Source: Euglena gracilis (lineage: Eukaryota). From it: DNA of 64,000 bases. The stretch lies in contig CP154954.1 of the NCBI GenBank assembly GCA_039621445.1, forward strand, positions 11,836,716-11,900,715, read 5' to 3'. The first letter of the stretch is position 1. The number at the start of each line of letters is the position of its first letter. The notes under the pieces are model-generated. The model did no database searches. It was given only the letters and a program-made list of their open reading frames with translations, and was not told the origin of the DNA. A program made the translations under genes and the position numbers. Below are positions 13,101 through 27,200 of the stretch, one piece after another.

Positions 13101-15900
13101 GAGTTCAGGCTGGAGAAAGCCACACCAAAGGTCTCGAAGCCGCTCGCCCGCAGCTCAGCGTCCACGGAGGCGTTGACCCCCTGCAGCCAGAACAGCCGCT
13201 GCTGCGCCATCTGCAGCAGCCTGCGGGCAGGGCTGCACAGGCCGGTCGGGAAGTGTTGACCCCTACCCCCCCCCCCGCCAGGGGTTTTCTTAAAAACCGT
13301 TCGAGGGGGTCCCGCTGGCCGGCCGGAAAAAGGTGCTGGCTGCAGGGGGGGGGGGGGGAAATGCAACTGGGCCCTTCAAATTATGCAAGTCAAAAAAATG
13401 CAAAAAAATGCAAAAAAATGCAAAAAAATGCAAAAAAATGCAACTTGCATGAAAAACCTGAGAAAAAGCTGGAATATAACAGAGCTTTGCTGCCTAAGAT
13501 CAAAAAAAATTTCCAGGGCAAAATATTTTATGCAAAAAAATGCAAAAAAATGCAAAAAAATCCATACATATGGCAACCAACAACAAAATTTTTTTCCAGG
13601 ACAAAATATTTTATGTAGAAAATGCAAAAAAAATGCAAAAAAAATTCAAACATATGGCAACCAACTACAAAAATTTTTTCCGGGGAAAATATTTTATGCA
13701 AAAAAATACAAAAAAATGCAAAAAAATGCAAATTTCGGGAAAAGCCGATTATGCAAAAAAATGCAAATTATGCAAGTTGCATTTCCCCCCCCCCCCTGCT
13801 GGCTGGACCCCTCACCCATATGGGGTAGAGAGGGAGAGGTGACCCACCTGGTAGCTGGACCCGCTTGGCCCCGAAAACAGACAAACCGCCTGAATCCAGG
13901 TGGGTTGGAAGGAGCAGAAATTTGGGGATGAAAACCCAAACCTCCCACAAAAATGCCATTTGTGGCCATTTTTGGCCCCTGTTTTCCACATTTTTGTCGC
14001 TTTGCGCCAAAACAGTTTCGGTCCAGGCTGGCTTTGGCAGGCTGGCCTCAGCTTGGCCCCAAGGGGAGGGGCTCCGCAGCCGTGCTGGAAGTTGCGAGCG
14101 GGAAAAAAAGCGTTGGCTGGGTAAAACCCAGGGGTTGGGTCAGCTCTGGCTTGAGAAAATCTCTGCTGTTGGGGTGGGGGTTGTTGAACCCGATGTGTGC
14201 ACTGTGGCTGTTTGTTTGGTGCCTTTTATCCCTTCTTCTGGCCTGGCGCTGTTGTTCGCCTCTGGCCCTTTTTGTCTGTGTACGTGGAGGTGGGCGGAGC
14301 CTGGTTGAGCCCCCCCCCCCTGCCACCATTTCGGCCCATCGTTCCGTTCAGCCCTGGCCGTGGGAGTGCCAGCTGCGTAGGGCGTGACGGAGGGTGGGCG
14401 GCGCAGCGCCACATATTCCCTCCGGGTGGATGAAATGGGTGGGGGCAGCCCAAAAGTAATGCAGCCATTTGATTGTGAAAGGTTGGGGACAACAGAAATC
14501 GTACGGGTGGCCAAAAAAATTACAACCCTTTTGCTGATTTGAGCTGAAATCCAACAAACAGGCTAATAAACCCCCAAAAATAGATGAAGCAAGACCCCCT
14601 CGGGATTCTCGAGGGAAAATCCGAAAACATAGACCCCCAAAAATGGGAAATGTTTTTTAAAATTTCTGGGGTTTTTCGATATTTTTCATGTGTTGGCATT
14701 TTGAGAATAACTTTATTGCTTAATGTGATAATACTGTTTTTTGGAAACTTTTTCCGGATTATGCTAGCAAAGCATTTCTCGGCCAAATTGTCAGCTAAAA
14801 AAATAGGAAACAAAAAAAGAAATGGAAATTAACCCCCAAAATAACATATGATCTGTAATAAAATAAAATGAATAATGCATTATATACATATACATGGCAA
14901 GTGAGAACTTTAGTGCCCCCCAGGGGGGGTACTAAAATACACCCCACGAAGGTCACCCCATAGCCATATTGCGCAACATAGCCATGTAGCGCAACATGCA
15001 TGTGCGCACCTAACCCTACTCCTTCAAATAAGGGGGGTGGCCATCGTGGGGTGTATTTTAGTACCCCCCCCACACATATATGTGGGGGGGGGTATATATA
15101 TTGGGACTTTCAGTGGCCAACTCAAAAAAGCAGTCCCGGGATCTAATTCTGATGTTTCATGTGTGCAGGGTTGAATTTTGCAATATTCAATTTCAAATGC
15201 AATATGAAAATATTCAGTTTCCAGGACAATATTTTACAATTTCAACATGTACACATGTTTCTGTGCATAATATGTCTGCATGTATATATAATTTATTATT
15301 GCAAGAGTCACAAGCAGAAAGTATGATTTCAAAGTGAGCAATGATTCAATGCAGAAAAGGGATAAACTTGGCAACTGGAAAAACATAACAAAATGCATAA
15401 GACAATTAAGGATGCCGGAATACCACTGATTTGGCAAAGATCGGAAAAAAAAAGATGGACGCTGCTAGCTCCGATGGCATAGCAATTGCGAAAATGGCAA
15501 ACGGCAAAGTGCCGAAATGGCAGCAGACCACAGAAGGTTGTCTGTATGTACACACGGTGCACGTTGATTATTTTCAGATACCTGAGCCTCATGTTTTGAA
15601 CCCTCCAAAATCACCCCATTTGTGTTGGGTGGCGAGGTTCTGACAAAAAAATATCTGCGTTTAACTGGGGAGCAGAAAATCTGGAAATATCTCTGTCATG
15701 TTCAATTTTTGGCATTGGTATTAAAAAATTGGAGTCAAAAAATGCATATTTTCAAAATGGCTAGTTGAAAGACATTTAGAGCTAAAATACATTTGACGCA
15801 AGTGGACCATAAGAAGCGAGTGGAAAAATTCATGAAATTCACTTGGACGGATGTGCATGTGCTGATGTGCACGCACGCACATCATGCAGACACGCGCGCG

Positions 15901-15965
<65 letters not shown>

Positions 15966-16206
15966 GCACACACACACGCACACACACGCACACACACACA
16001 CACACACACGACACACTCAGCCACTGCATAACTGTATAGCTGTGGGCTGCCTGGCTCTGCAGCGACGTAGGACTGCCATGTGTCACGCGGAGCGGAGGGA
16101 CAGCGGGGGCTCGAGGAGCAGACAGCGAGGTCCCGCCTTGGCTGGCAAACAGCAGGAGAGCGAGCAGGAAGAGCCCAAGGAGGAGGACGGCGGCATGGGG
16201 GAACAT
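4159..16206 (-). CDS. Type II membrane GT-A-fold glycosyltransferase-like protein (multi-exon)
   Basis: Well-supported exons: ~12440-12291, 10648-10611, 10098-10042, 8475-8448, 7961-7825, 7481-~7447, ~6830-6739, ~6619-6550, 5668-5595, 4359-4274, 4173-4159. Tentative 5' exons: 16206-~16052 (signal anchor MFPHAAVLLLGLFLLALLLF), ~14400-14340, ~13243-13120, ~12650-12580. Joined: ...NVNIAMAVENLMEHATTELILILEKDWVLVESALEAFEQLQTGVQLLQSGKANVVRYRSHYQYGYP...FHWYTMAEMQKKYP...CNWTNNPTQW...KWARHVFP...CFEDTLD...VAFTEGLFKHVD...FSRL*. The LEKD (DxD-like) motif, N-x-x-I-A motif and C-terminal GLFKH fit GT-A enzymes; the family call is from memory. Confidence 0.7.
6410..6530. repeat. Degenerate (GATTAT/GATTCT)n hexamer repeat (intronic)
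   Basis: Directly visible. Confidence 0.85.
9361..9774. mobile_element. MITE-like element with imperfect terminal inverted repeats
   Basis: Left end GAGTAAACCTCCCAAAAATAATAAACC is roughly inverse-complementary to right end GGTTATTATTTGGGGGGGAGTTATTC; GGTTTATTATTTGG is repeated internally. Confidence 0.55.
10930..11095. repeat. (GCCAAT/GCTAAT)n microsatellite
   Basis: Directly visible. Confidence 0.95.
11400..11730. repeat. Degenerate (GGTATTA/GGTATGA)n heptamer repeat
   Basis: Directly visible. Confidence 0.85.
13343..13798. mobile_element. Non-autonomous TIR element with internal (AAAAAAATGC)n repeats
   Basis: [21 protein letters not shown] / AGTTGCATTTCCCC..CTG, flanked by duplicated CTGGCTG. 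An uninterrupted copy of the host repeat (AAAGGTGCTGGCTGGACCC) is at ~16294-16312. Confidence 0.75.
15890..16016. repeat. (CG)n-(CA)n microsatellite
   Basis: Directly visible. Confidence 0.95.
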
Positions 16207-16667
16207 GGAGGACGCATGGCTGGGGGAGGCAGAGACGTCTTGGGACAAGGGGTTGTTCTTAAAACCTCCTGGGGGTCTGGCCGGCCGGCTTGGAAAGGTG
16301 CTGGCTGGACCCTCCTCCAGGGGGGGGGGTCCGACTGGCAGCTGAACCTGGCTGGACGCCAAAACAGGTAAAAACGTCTTAAGCCAGGTGGGTTGGGATT
16401 TGTCAGCCAAAGGTTTTGAGGCGAAAAACCATAAGCCCTCGAAAAACGCCACTTTTTTTGGCCAACTCTGGGTAGTTTGGAAAGAATGCCCAGCACCAGC
16501 AGCCAGCTCACAACTCCAGCCCGGCAAATTTCAGTGGACCCCAAGGGGGGTGGGCTGCTGACTGGAAGAAGACGTTGGCTGGCTAGACCCCCGCCCCTGG
16601 TGGGGGTCCTCTCCGGCATCAGGGAACCCCTAACCAGGCAAGGACAGTCATCCCCGGTTTTTGGTCT

Positions 16668-16736
16668 CCGGTGGGGTCCGGTGGGATCCGGTGGGACCCG
16701 GTGGGATCCGGTGGGATCCGGTGGGATTCCGGTGGG
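16668..16736. repeat. (CCGGTGGGAT)n decamer repeat; second array at ~17489-17546
   Basis: Directly visible. Confidence 0.9.
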
Positions 16737-18251
16737 TTGCCTTGGGGGGGGGACCGGGGAAAAAACACATGCAACAAGGCCAGGCTCTTGGCCTCTTTTT
16801 TATTGTGAGTCACGTTTTGGCTCTGTTCAATGGGCCAGCCAGGTGCTCAGGATCATTTGCCCCGTCGCCACATGGGATCACCACATGATGTGATGTACTC
16901 ATTGCTCACCCTGGGGTCGTCGGTTTCATCCACCCCAATAGCAATCAAATATTTGTCATCGCGAATCATATCTCATTTTGGGTGTTTTTGGCCAAATCAC
17001 CTGGTTTAGCCACCAGATCATACCCAAACTGTCCCAATGGTCACCGAATCCGTGCAAGTGGCCACAAAATGGCCAAAAGTGGCCAAAAGGGGGCAAAAAG
17101 TAGATAAAAGCAGTCAGAAGTGGCCTAAAATGGACACAAATAGCCATAAGCAGCCAAAAGTTGGGGTAAATAAAGCAAAAATGCATTCAAACAGCCAAAA
17201 ATGGTCTAAATTGCCAAACGCAGCCCAAAATGGCCAAAAGTGGACTAAAAGTGGTCCAGAATGACAAAAAAAATGGCCAAAAGGGCCAAAAGCTGCTGAT
17301 TTGCAGGAAACCAGACAAAAAAAGAATGCAAATCAAATGAAGATGGGGTACTGGTGGAAATTTGTGAAAATTGCACATTCGGAAATGATTCTCCTCACGC
17401 GGGCCATGAATCTGTGAAGAAAAATCTGTGCATGGAAAAAAAATCTCCGGTGGGGTGGGAACCCACTAGTCAAATGGTCAAAAAATCCCCGGTGGGATCT
17501 GGTGGGATCCGGTGGGATCCGGTGGGATCCGGTGGGATCCGGTGGCTGTCCTTGCCTACCCCTAACCCCCCCCCAAATAATGGAATATCATTTGGGCAGC
17601 CGAAGTCCGCCTTCGGGGGGGGGGGGCAGTATTTAGCAACATTTTTCGTAGGTGTAAAATTTTGAACGCAAAATGATTGCATCTATGTTGAACACCATCA
17701 AAATTCATGGTAGGTGCAATTCTTTTGCAATTTGGTATTTTGCCATTCATATTCAACCCGATCATGGAAGAAGTCATAACAAAAAATCTTCCACAGAATA
17801 TGGTTCCCAGAAAAACCCATTTTTTTCTGTGGAGTCTGTGAGAAGCGTGGAAGGAATATTATTTGGGAGTTCCGGCTGGAAAATGGAATGGAGCTGGCTG
17901 TCCCGCTCCAGACGGTCCGGAGCAGAGCAGGAGGAGGAGAGGAGGAGGAAGAGGAGGAGGAGGAGGGGGGGTTTGGGGCCCACATACATGGATGGAAAGG
18001 ATCGAAACGCAGCATGGATGGTGTACAGAAAGCCAGGTGAGTCCGGCCCCCAACGGTCGGTCAGGTGTGAGACTCCAGGGTTCGGGGATGGGATTCGCTC
18101 AAAAGTGGCCATTTGCGGGAGACGCATTAACGCCCGCAACGTGCATCGAAGCGCGAGGCAGCACCGCGGGTGCGGATATCGTCCACGACACTGCCATTTG
18201 GGGAGGAAGGTTGGAGGACGGGAAGGACGATGGTCGCGCGCCGGAGGCTGA

Positions 18252-21200
18252 TCAGGGTTCGGGGGCGTCCGCAGCGGTTGCCCGGCCCTGTTCCTTGTGG
18301 TACCGCCGGCGCAGAGTGCGGATCAGGGGGGCGGTGCCGTTCCAGGTGCGGGACTGCTCCTCGGGGGAGTCCAGCCAGCAGACGACCGCGTAGCCCCAGA
18401 GGAAGCCGATGAAGTTGACCGGGGTCAGGGCGTCGGGGGGGGGGGGACAAAACTGAGCTCACTGAGCTCACAGTGTTGCGGATTGTAGGCCACGTCAGGA
18501 ATTTAGGGCAGGAAAGGAGGAGCGTGGAGACAGAATGGCAGACGGCAACACCCTTCCGGGATCAAAAGACAAATGTGTGACGTACCTGGAGAGAAAAGGG
18601 CATTTCTCTGTTCGAATTTGTAGCAATTGGGGCTGCGCACGTGGCGCTGCTCTCCTGGGGTCCCAAAACAATTCCTCTGCCTGAGATCTATAAAATCTAT
18701 ACTGGGGAAAAAATGTCCCAGGGGTTCCTTTTAAGGCAAGGGCGGGTGGAGCAAGAATTGCACAATTTATGAGAAATACAGTATGCTACATGAAAAGACA
18801 CGTTTAAAGCCTTCATCATAGAAGCAAATCACTCTCCTCTCCCATTGAAGCGAATGTATCTTTGAAATCACACTTTACCACAAATTACAATTTACCACAA
18901 ATCACACTTTACCACAAGAATTTTGACAGCATGTGAGCCAGAAGGAGAAACAATTTGGGTTGTATGGGCGTACCAAATAAGCTGAAGCCTTGCAAGGCAG
19001 ATGGACACCCTGAGCAGGAAATGGGACACCATAGGCACCGCGAGGTTGTCCGTCATCAGGAAGGACCCACCGAACGCCATTCCGCCCAGCGTGACCAGCA
19101 GCACGCACCTAGGGTCATCCAAAATCTCAAACTTGGTCACCCCAGTCACGCTTGGTCATTTTATAGGTGCGTGACCAGCACCGCATAGATCGGGCTGCTG
19201 GTGTAGTTGTGGACGATCCCGAACAGCAGGCTGCTGACCACAAGCGGAGGCCAGTGCATGCAATTTTTACAACCCCCCCCCCCCGGGCGGGGGGAGGGGG
19301 TCACTTTCACTCATACAAACACCCGCCAGTCAACAAGGTACTGGATGTCTATTGAATTTTCATGTTTGTGGTGAACTTTCCCTTGGATTCCAGGGTGGCC
19401 AACCCCCCTGGGGGGGGCGGTGAGTGACTCGACACCGGGTCACTTTATGGTTTTTGCCGACTACCCCCAGGGGGGAGGGGGATCCAGGCCAAAAGCCAGT
19501 CACTCTGAAAAAAAGCACCTCCCAGTATGGGAGTGCTTGTTGTGTATGGGAGAGCCACTGTCTCTGTCTCTGTCGCATTGTGCGAAAGTTTCTGGCAAAA
19601 AACGGTGGTGCGTGGCTGTGGTCCTCAGTGACCTCCTTTTGAGACGAAGCCGAATCCTGTTGCAGTTGGGACCAGACAGATAATGTTGAAAAAAATAAAT
19701 TTTATCATATTCTTTGATGTAAACATAAATAAAATACATCACGGTCTTGTCTTGTCTTGTCTTGGTTCTCTTGTCGATCACTGATAAACCTCATCAATCA
19801 CATCACTCGCATCCTGGATGGAACGTTTCAATAACAAAGAAAAAATGTCAGCTGCACAGAACGTTCGGCGGAGCATTATTTCATCTTTCACATGTTCTAG
19901 CTGCGACACTGCGTTGCAATGTCCACAATAATATGTCAACACACATGAAAAAGTTTCTCGGCCATTTTTGAAAAGAGTTCAAACCGTTATGATATTCCCG
20001 GCCATTTTAGCGATTGTGCTTGTCGCCATGTTTCTCGAAATCATTCCAGACAACCGACCACAGGGGGGCACTGGAGTGGAACAGCTCCGGTGGCGGTGGG
20101 GTTAGCGCCGAGGAACGTCAACAATTGCTGCCGGCATGCCGCCACCCACTCCTTGTCGTGGCTGGCTGCCAAAGCACACCCCAGAGGCCTCCAAGATCCC
20201 ACAATTGGGGGTTAGAACGACGTGGCGTTGAAGGAAATTTGGGGAGACATTTATTTAACCGGTCCCCAGCTCCTAACCCCCCAGTTGCTGCCTTTTTTTT
20301 TGGCGTGCCTCCACCCACAGTCGCACCCCGAGAGGTGAGGATTTGTGTCCTGGCTGGGTACAAAACAGGAAATCTTTGCTCGATAATGCCCGTTCTGCAC
20401 CATACCATTGCTTAGGGACCCCTGGGGGGGAGGGGGGTCACTTTCCACTCTGAAAAAAACCAGTCAGTCACCTTTTCCCAAAAAAAACAAGTCAGTCACT
20501 TTACCCCCCCCAGGGGGGGATCGACAACTCTTGAATGTGCTCATGTTGGCAAGGCAATATTTCCAAAAAGTCTCGAAAAATCCAAAAAAAATTCCGGCGC
20601 CAGGCCAGCCACTGTTTCGTTTTTTTTTGTTTTTGGGCCCGGGGGGGGCTCTGGCCTGAATACTAGTCGCCCACTCTGAAAAAACCAGTCAGTACCCCCC
20701 CCCGGGGGGGGGGGGGGAAAGGTGTTAAGAAATGGTATGTTCTGGACCCCGGACTGGGGTGTATAATGTCACCCATCCTTGGTGTGTAATGTTACCCATC
20801 CTTGGTGGGTAATGTTACCCATCCTTGGTGTGTAATGTTACCCATCCAAGCTGGACCAAGAGGAGGAAGGGCAGGGAGAAAATAATTCTATTGTTGGGAG
20901 GATAGGTGTCTTCAAAAAAATGAAAAACGGTTCCTCCAGCCGAAACATCAGAACAAGCAGAATGAACCACTGGTCCTCGGGGTTCGCCCCTCCACTGCCA
21001 CAGTGCCAGGGGCAAGGGCCTGCAAGGTTATTCGGGGGAGGGAGTTCATAATATGATCCACAATTTGGAGGTTCATTTGCGGTTGGCTTTGGAGGGTGAG
21101 ATTTCGAGTGCGGGATGATGCTCAAGGAGAGTCACACTCAGAAAGCGCACCGGAGAAGGAACCAGGAACCACTGGGTCGTTCTCGGGAGGCGGCATGGTC

Positions 21201-24200
21201 GCAGCCCGCCCTGGATGGCCCCACGGAACAGCAGCTCCTCCCCCACCGCCGCCATGACGGACAACACAAACGAGGCCAGCACAATCTGGGGCCAGCACCG
21301 GCCGATCCAATTTTCCCACTCCGGGTAAGTTTCTTTCTTGAATTATTTGAGAAGAATGCATCCATCCATCCATCCATCCATCCATCCACCCATTCATCCA
21401 TCCACCCATCCACCCATCCATCCATGCATTCATCCATCCATCCATTCATAAATTCTTACCTACATACACACATGCAAACGTGCACACGTACATACATGCA
21501 CACATACACACGTGAGTGTACACACATGCACAAGTGTGTGGGTTGTCTGCAAAGCAACCCAATGTGCAGATTTGGGGAAGAGAGCACTTTGTGATCACCC
21601 CAGGTATCACCCCATGTTGGTTCTATGTGTCCATCAGTATCAAGCCCGGTGCATCAGGGCTTTTTGGAATGGACCAGTGCGATAGGTGCAGGAGGCAGGG
21701 CATTCGGGTCAATTCTTTAGATTCTCATAGCTTTCCTCTTTTATTTGGCTTATCCACAGCAGAAGATGAGAACCCTTGAGATCGTCCATCGCTGTGTGGG
21801 GCAAGGTACGCAAATTCTTTTCCAGCCCCAGCAGGATCATGTTGATGAACTTGCCCACCTGATGGATCTCCTGAGTGACAGTGCACCCCAAATGATTGTG
21901 TTGCTCACCAACCACCACATTCATTCATGAATCCCCCCACCGCCTGAAGGGAAGCCCTCTCCACCCTCATTCCAAAAAAAATTGAACCACGCACTCCGTT
22001 CGTTTCACCCTTCTCCACTATTTTTCTGGCCGTGGTGAGTCAAGTAAGGATCTGCTTGATCAGATTTGTTTCAGAGCACCACCATGTCAAATGATGACGA
22101 TGCATCATCTCTTTCCACACCTGCACATTGGTGTCATTCAGGGATGTAGCAGGGCGGGTGGGTTTGCCACCCCCCCCCACCCAGGAGGTCAGGGAACCCT
22201 CCAACCACTCTGTCTGGGGAACCCCCTAACCAGGAGGGGGGTCTACTCACCACACGTCGAGGGTTGCAGGACCCCCCTCCGGCAGCCTGAAATTGAGAGT
22301 CCGTTTGGGGGGAATCCTCCAGCAAACCAGGCAGGGAGTACACCTGCAGGATTTCCAGCCCCGGGATTTTCTCCACGGGGAGAATGGAGATGGAGATCCA
22401 GGGGATCGCCCAAAACAATGCCAGCTTGGCGACCTCCCCGTCCAAATGAAACGCCACAGACAAAGGTTGGGCATGGTCTGTCACTAACCCCACCCCAAAA
22501 AGATGCCCCCCAGGGCCACTATTCGGTTATTCTGTGGAAAACCTGAGGGGGGGGGGGGGCTTCTGATTGGGCACCCTTTGTCTAAAGGAAAAATCTTCGG
22601 CCGGCGGCGATCCGGGGGATTGAACGGGGTCTAAAATTTATTTAAATTTAAAAAAATTGCAAAGACGCAACTTTTTTGAGTTTCGGGTGGACAGCCACGT
22701 TTCAAGGACGCCAGTTTTCAATTTTGTTCCCGATGTCCACCTGTTTTCGTGGAGATTTTTTTGGATTTTCTTTTGGTCAAATTTGTTGGCCCTTTTGTTT
22801 CATTCTTGGAAGCATGCACGTTTTTGGATATGCACAAAACTCCAATCTGTTCCAGAACCACCTTTACCATCAGAATTACGCAGTGCAGATCAGAACTCTC
22901 CCCTCAATTAGAAGCCCACCCCCTCGAGTTTCCTGCCAAAATCCAAACAACAGCCCCCTCCCCCCCCCCCCGACCAAGCCGGCTTCTGCAGATGAGAGGG
23001 CAAAGGTGCAATTTTTAAGTTTTAGTTGCTTTTTCATCAGCAGAGAATCCATTTCCGCTCAATTAGAGCAAATGCTGAAACCATGGCTTTGTGTCCCATC
23101 ACCAAAATGTTCAATCCAACCATCCTTCGGGTGGCTGAAAACAAAAAAAAAAAAAATAAAAATAAACGCCCAAGATAGGAAAAGCTTCAGGCAGGCTCTT
23201 CTCCCCCCACAAGGTTTCCAAAACATCCGCGAGCAAAAAAAAAAACGTTCTGTCCGACCTCTGCTTGAGCCCAGAACCGGCACATGGAAGATGAGCTGCA
23301 CAAGCATGACGTCAGGAGGCAGCCATTATAGCAAAACAGTGTCATTAAAGCCACCTTCTCAACTTTGCTCTGTAACGAAAGATTCTCAACCTCCTTTTTC
23401 TGTGGGTTCACAGAGCACTTTACAGAGCATTGCTTCGTGGCCCACAGATGTCAACAAATGTTTTATGGATGCGATGGTGACGTGGACTACACCAAAATGG
23501 ATGCAAAAAAAGCAAAATAAGACAGAAATGCACAAAAATACAGTGGAACACGGCAATTGTTTGGGTCCAGGTTATTTTAGCAATAATAATAAAAGCCAGA
23601 AGATAAAAAATAAAGAAATCTGCCTTCAAAGGTGTATATTTCTTGACCCCAACATGCTGCCCTATTACATAACTTTATAACTTTGGGGCAGAACTCTCTG
23701 CCACGTGTGCAAACATTGCACCTAACACTCACAATATTGGGACTTCCTACCAAAATTGTTGACCGCTTTTCCCATTAATTTTCGGCTCTTTCGCCAAAAC
23801 GCCTGGGAGCTTTTGCCAAAATCTTTGAGACGATTCCGTTGCAGAGACTTTCATACTTGGCCGTAAAATTTTGGGACGTTTTGCAAAACCTCTATTAATT
23901 CAAAATTCAACAAGTCACGGGATGTGAAATCTCTGAACACACCGGTACCATCCCATGGCTGATGCAAATGAGGTCATACCCGGTGGAAATGGACCGTGAA
24001 AGCACCCTCACCCCCCCACCCCAAAGTGTCACCCCCAAAGTGGACAAAAATTTGCCAACTTTTGGTTTACCAGCCAACCCCCCCCCAAAGTGTCTGTCCC
24101 CCCCCAGAGTGGCCATTTTGGCGTAAAATGCGAGAATGCATCTAGGGCGCAGTTTTTGCTACAGAAGATGTCCTCCAGTTTGTCCTCGGTCAGACAAAAA

Positions 24201-27200
24201 AAAGCGATAACACCCTCGATGGGATGCGCGTTTAGCATTCAACCTGGCGTAGCTGGCATTTTTTTGTTTTCTTTAAAAGAAATCATTTTTTTGAAAAAGG
24301 GGGACAACTTAAAAACAAAGGGAAAAAACAATGAGACCAGATTTCCCTTGATCGAAAAAAATGAAATCGAAATCCACCAGTAAATGCTTCAAAATCACAC
24401 GATTTTTGGTCAAAATCACAAAAAAAAACACACACACAACATCCCCAATTTTCATCACTTTTTGTCAAACTTCTTGTTAAAACCGTCCAAATTTTGTTCT
24501 TGGCAAGGTCCATAGATGGAAAAAAGGCTTGTATTTGAAGTGAAAAAAAAAAATTGCCCACGACTCTCAATGGCGTTTTTTTTTGTTTAAAAAGTCTTGG
24601 AAAAATATTTTTTTCAAAGAACAACGTTTTAAACGAGCTGCCTATGTCGGCGTTTGGACCGATGGGCATTCCAAAAAAGCACACTGAAGGAAAAGGGGAA
24701 TAAAAAATAACAAAAAAAGGTTAGTCCCAAAACTTGCAAAAAAAACTGCCAAACCACGGAGTCTCTGAAACCTCTGAAAAAAAAATTCAAAGCATTTTCA
24801 AAAAGGATCCAAAACTTTTGGCAAAAGTGTGCAAAATCATGACAAAAAGCACACAAAATATTTTCAAAAAGTGCAAAAAAAATTAATAGCAAAAGGTCCC
24901 GGAAACTGTAAGTTTTAGGTGTAAAATGATTTCGGTTCCACACAGCACATCAATCAATGAGGGAGGACAGAACATGTACCTTCAAAACCCTCGGGTCTGC
25001 TTGTTTCAAAAAAAGCGTATCAAGAATACGCTTCTGTAATTTTGGGAGCATGCTAATTCCAAATTGAGCAATTTGATGGTCAAAAAATGATATAAAAAAA
25101 GCAAAAAAAAAAAGCAAAAAAGTTTGGTCTGAATCCAAAAAAAATGCAAATAAAAAATGTATAAAGAAACAGGGGGAGATACAGGAAATTGTCAAAATTG
25201 AAAAGAGCAAAAAGGCACACAGAACTTTCTGTATTCCCTCCCCCCCCCCGCATCGACCCTTAAGATATTCATGACTTTACGTCAAGCGACTTCATTCGTA
25301 AAAATCAAAAAATAACCCCATATGGAAAAAAAAGACAGTTAAATACAGCTGTCTCCCGGCGGGCACAGAGACCCATAATGAACGGAGTCGCGGAGAACGA
25401 CAATATCCGAGGCCATTGGCATGAGAAGGCCGGAACTGGTAGATCCTGGGAAAAGAAAGTGCTGACGCCGTTGGCATATGGGTGGTTGGCACAGATGTGG
25501 GCCGGATCACGGGGGGGGGGGGGTAATGGGAGATGTGGAAACTGCACCTTGGGTGGCTGAATTTTTTAGGAAGTACCAAATTTATATTGCAAAAACAAAT
25601 CTCAAATAAGGAACACCGACAAATCAAAATAGGATTTTAGCACCAAATTAGGAATGCCAAAAAATTAAAACCTGAAACTTGGAAAGCAAACCTGAAATTT
25701 GGAAAGCACCGAAAAGTTCCATCGAATTAGACATCAGCAGCAAAAAAAAAATCAAAAAATATATATATAAAGGCCGAAGAAGAGCCCAAGTAAGGTTATG
25801 GGAGGGGTCTCACGACAGCGGCCATGGAGGAACACCCACGTAGAACGCAAGCAGCACAGAGCAATTTATTTTGAATTCATTCCCAATTGGCTCATTTGCA
25901 GTTTGAGTTGACCGGGAAGGAATTGATTTCTGGCATCTTTGGACCATTGGCCATCCACCCATTACACCATAAGTAACGATTTCCACACTCTTTCTTTTTG
26001 ACCCCGTTCGGTTCCCAGACCGACCTCAGCCGCCCATTGGCCGAAGTGAAACAAAGGTTCTGCGGTGCGACCAAATAATACAGTCCCTGGGCGTAAATTC
26101 CCCCCCCCCTAGGGAGGGTTTTTTGGGCTCTTGACCAGGGGGGGAAATTTTCGGCCGTTTCGGGCACTTTGTCCCGTCCCTTCTATTCTTTGAAGCCATG
26201 AAGCCGACCGGGATTCGGAATTCATTTGCCGTATGTTGTGGGGTTGTTATGGTATATTCCCGAACACCTCTGTTCAGGACGGTGGGTCTTATTGATAGAT
26301 ACATGCCGGGGATGGTTCAATGGACAAAAAAAACCCAAAAGATGCCAAGTCCTCGACCCAGGGGCCATGCAAGTGGTGTACAAAAAAAAAGTCCCAACCC
26401 ACCTGCCTTAGCTGTTCCTCTGGGGCTGAAGGGGGGGGGGAGTTTTCGCCCGTTTCGGAGCCTTTTGCAAAACCAGGAAAATTCCCAAATTTCAGGGGGG
26501 GAATTTTCGGGGGGGGGACAATTTACGGCTAGGGACTGTAGCTCGGGGGGCTTCAAATTGGGGGGGGGGGTTAAATATAACCCTCAAACATAATTCCTGT
26601 AATAATGATGATGATGATGGTGGTGGTGGTGGTGGTGGTGGTGGTGGTGGTGGTGGTGGTGGTGGTGGTGGTGGTGGTGGTGGTGGTGGTGGTGGTGGTG
26701 GTGGTGGTGGTGATGATGATGAAAAGATTGCAAATTTTCCATCCATTTTCTACCAATGTTCGGTCGAATGTGCTGGGCCGCCTTGAAGGCTGCTTCTTGA
26801 ATTATTGGTTGGAAGCTTCTGATTTGAGGGGAGGGTTGTTAATTGGGAGGGGGCTCCTGGGGACATCAACAAGCTCATCACACAACACATATGACACAAC
26901 ATCATACCCCACTTCAGCTGTGTGCCTTGAGGGTTGCAAGGTGAGTTTTCAAACTCACCTTACAGTCACAGAAAGCAATAACTGTAATACTTTGCACATT
27001 AGTTGAAAACGTGTATTAAATGTTGTGTCTTATGTTGTTGGTGGGCTGTTGTTGCGTCATGTTGACACCACGGAAGGAAACCTTTGGAAATGCAAACGAC
27101 CGTTGACCATCTTCCTCAATTTCGCCTGAGAAAGAGAAAGCAACCAAATAGAATGCATTGGAAATAGAAAACAAATTGGAATCGTTTCTGAACTCCAGGT

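Noticed and set aside
13253-13931. K/C/M/Q-rich ORFs
   Set aside because: Produced by the AAAAAAATGC repeats of a non-autonomous element
22676-23680. 334-aa plus-strand ORF
   Set aside because: No recognisable domain, crosses homopolymer runs and is antisense to probable CPBP exons and introns
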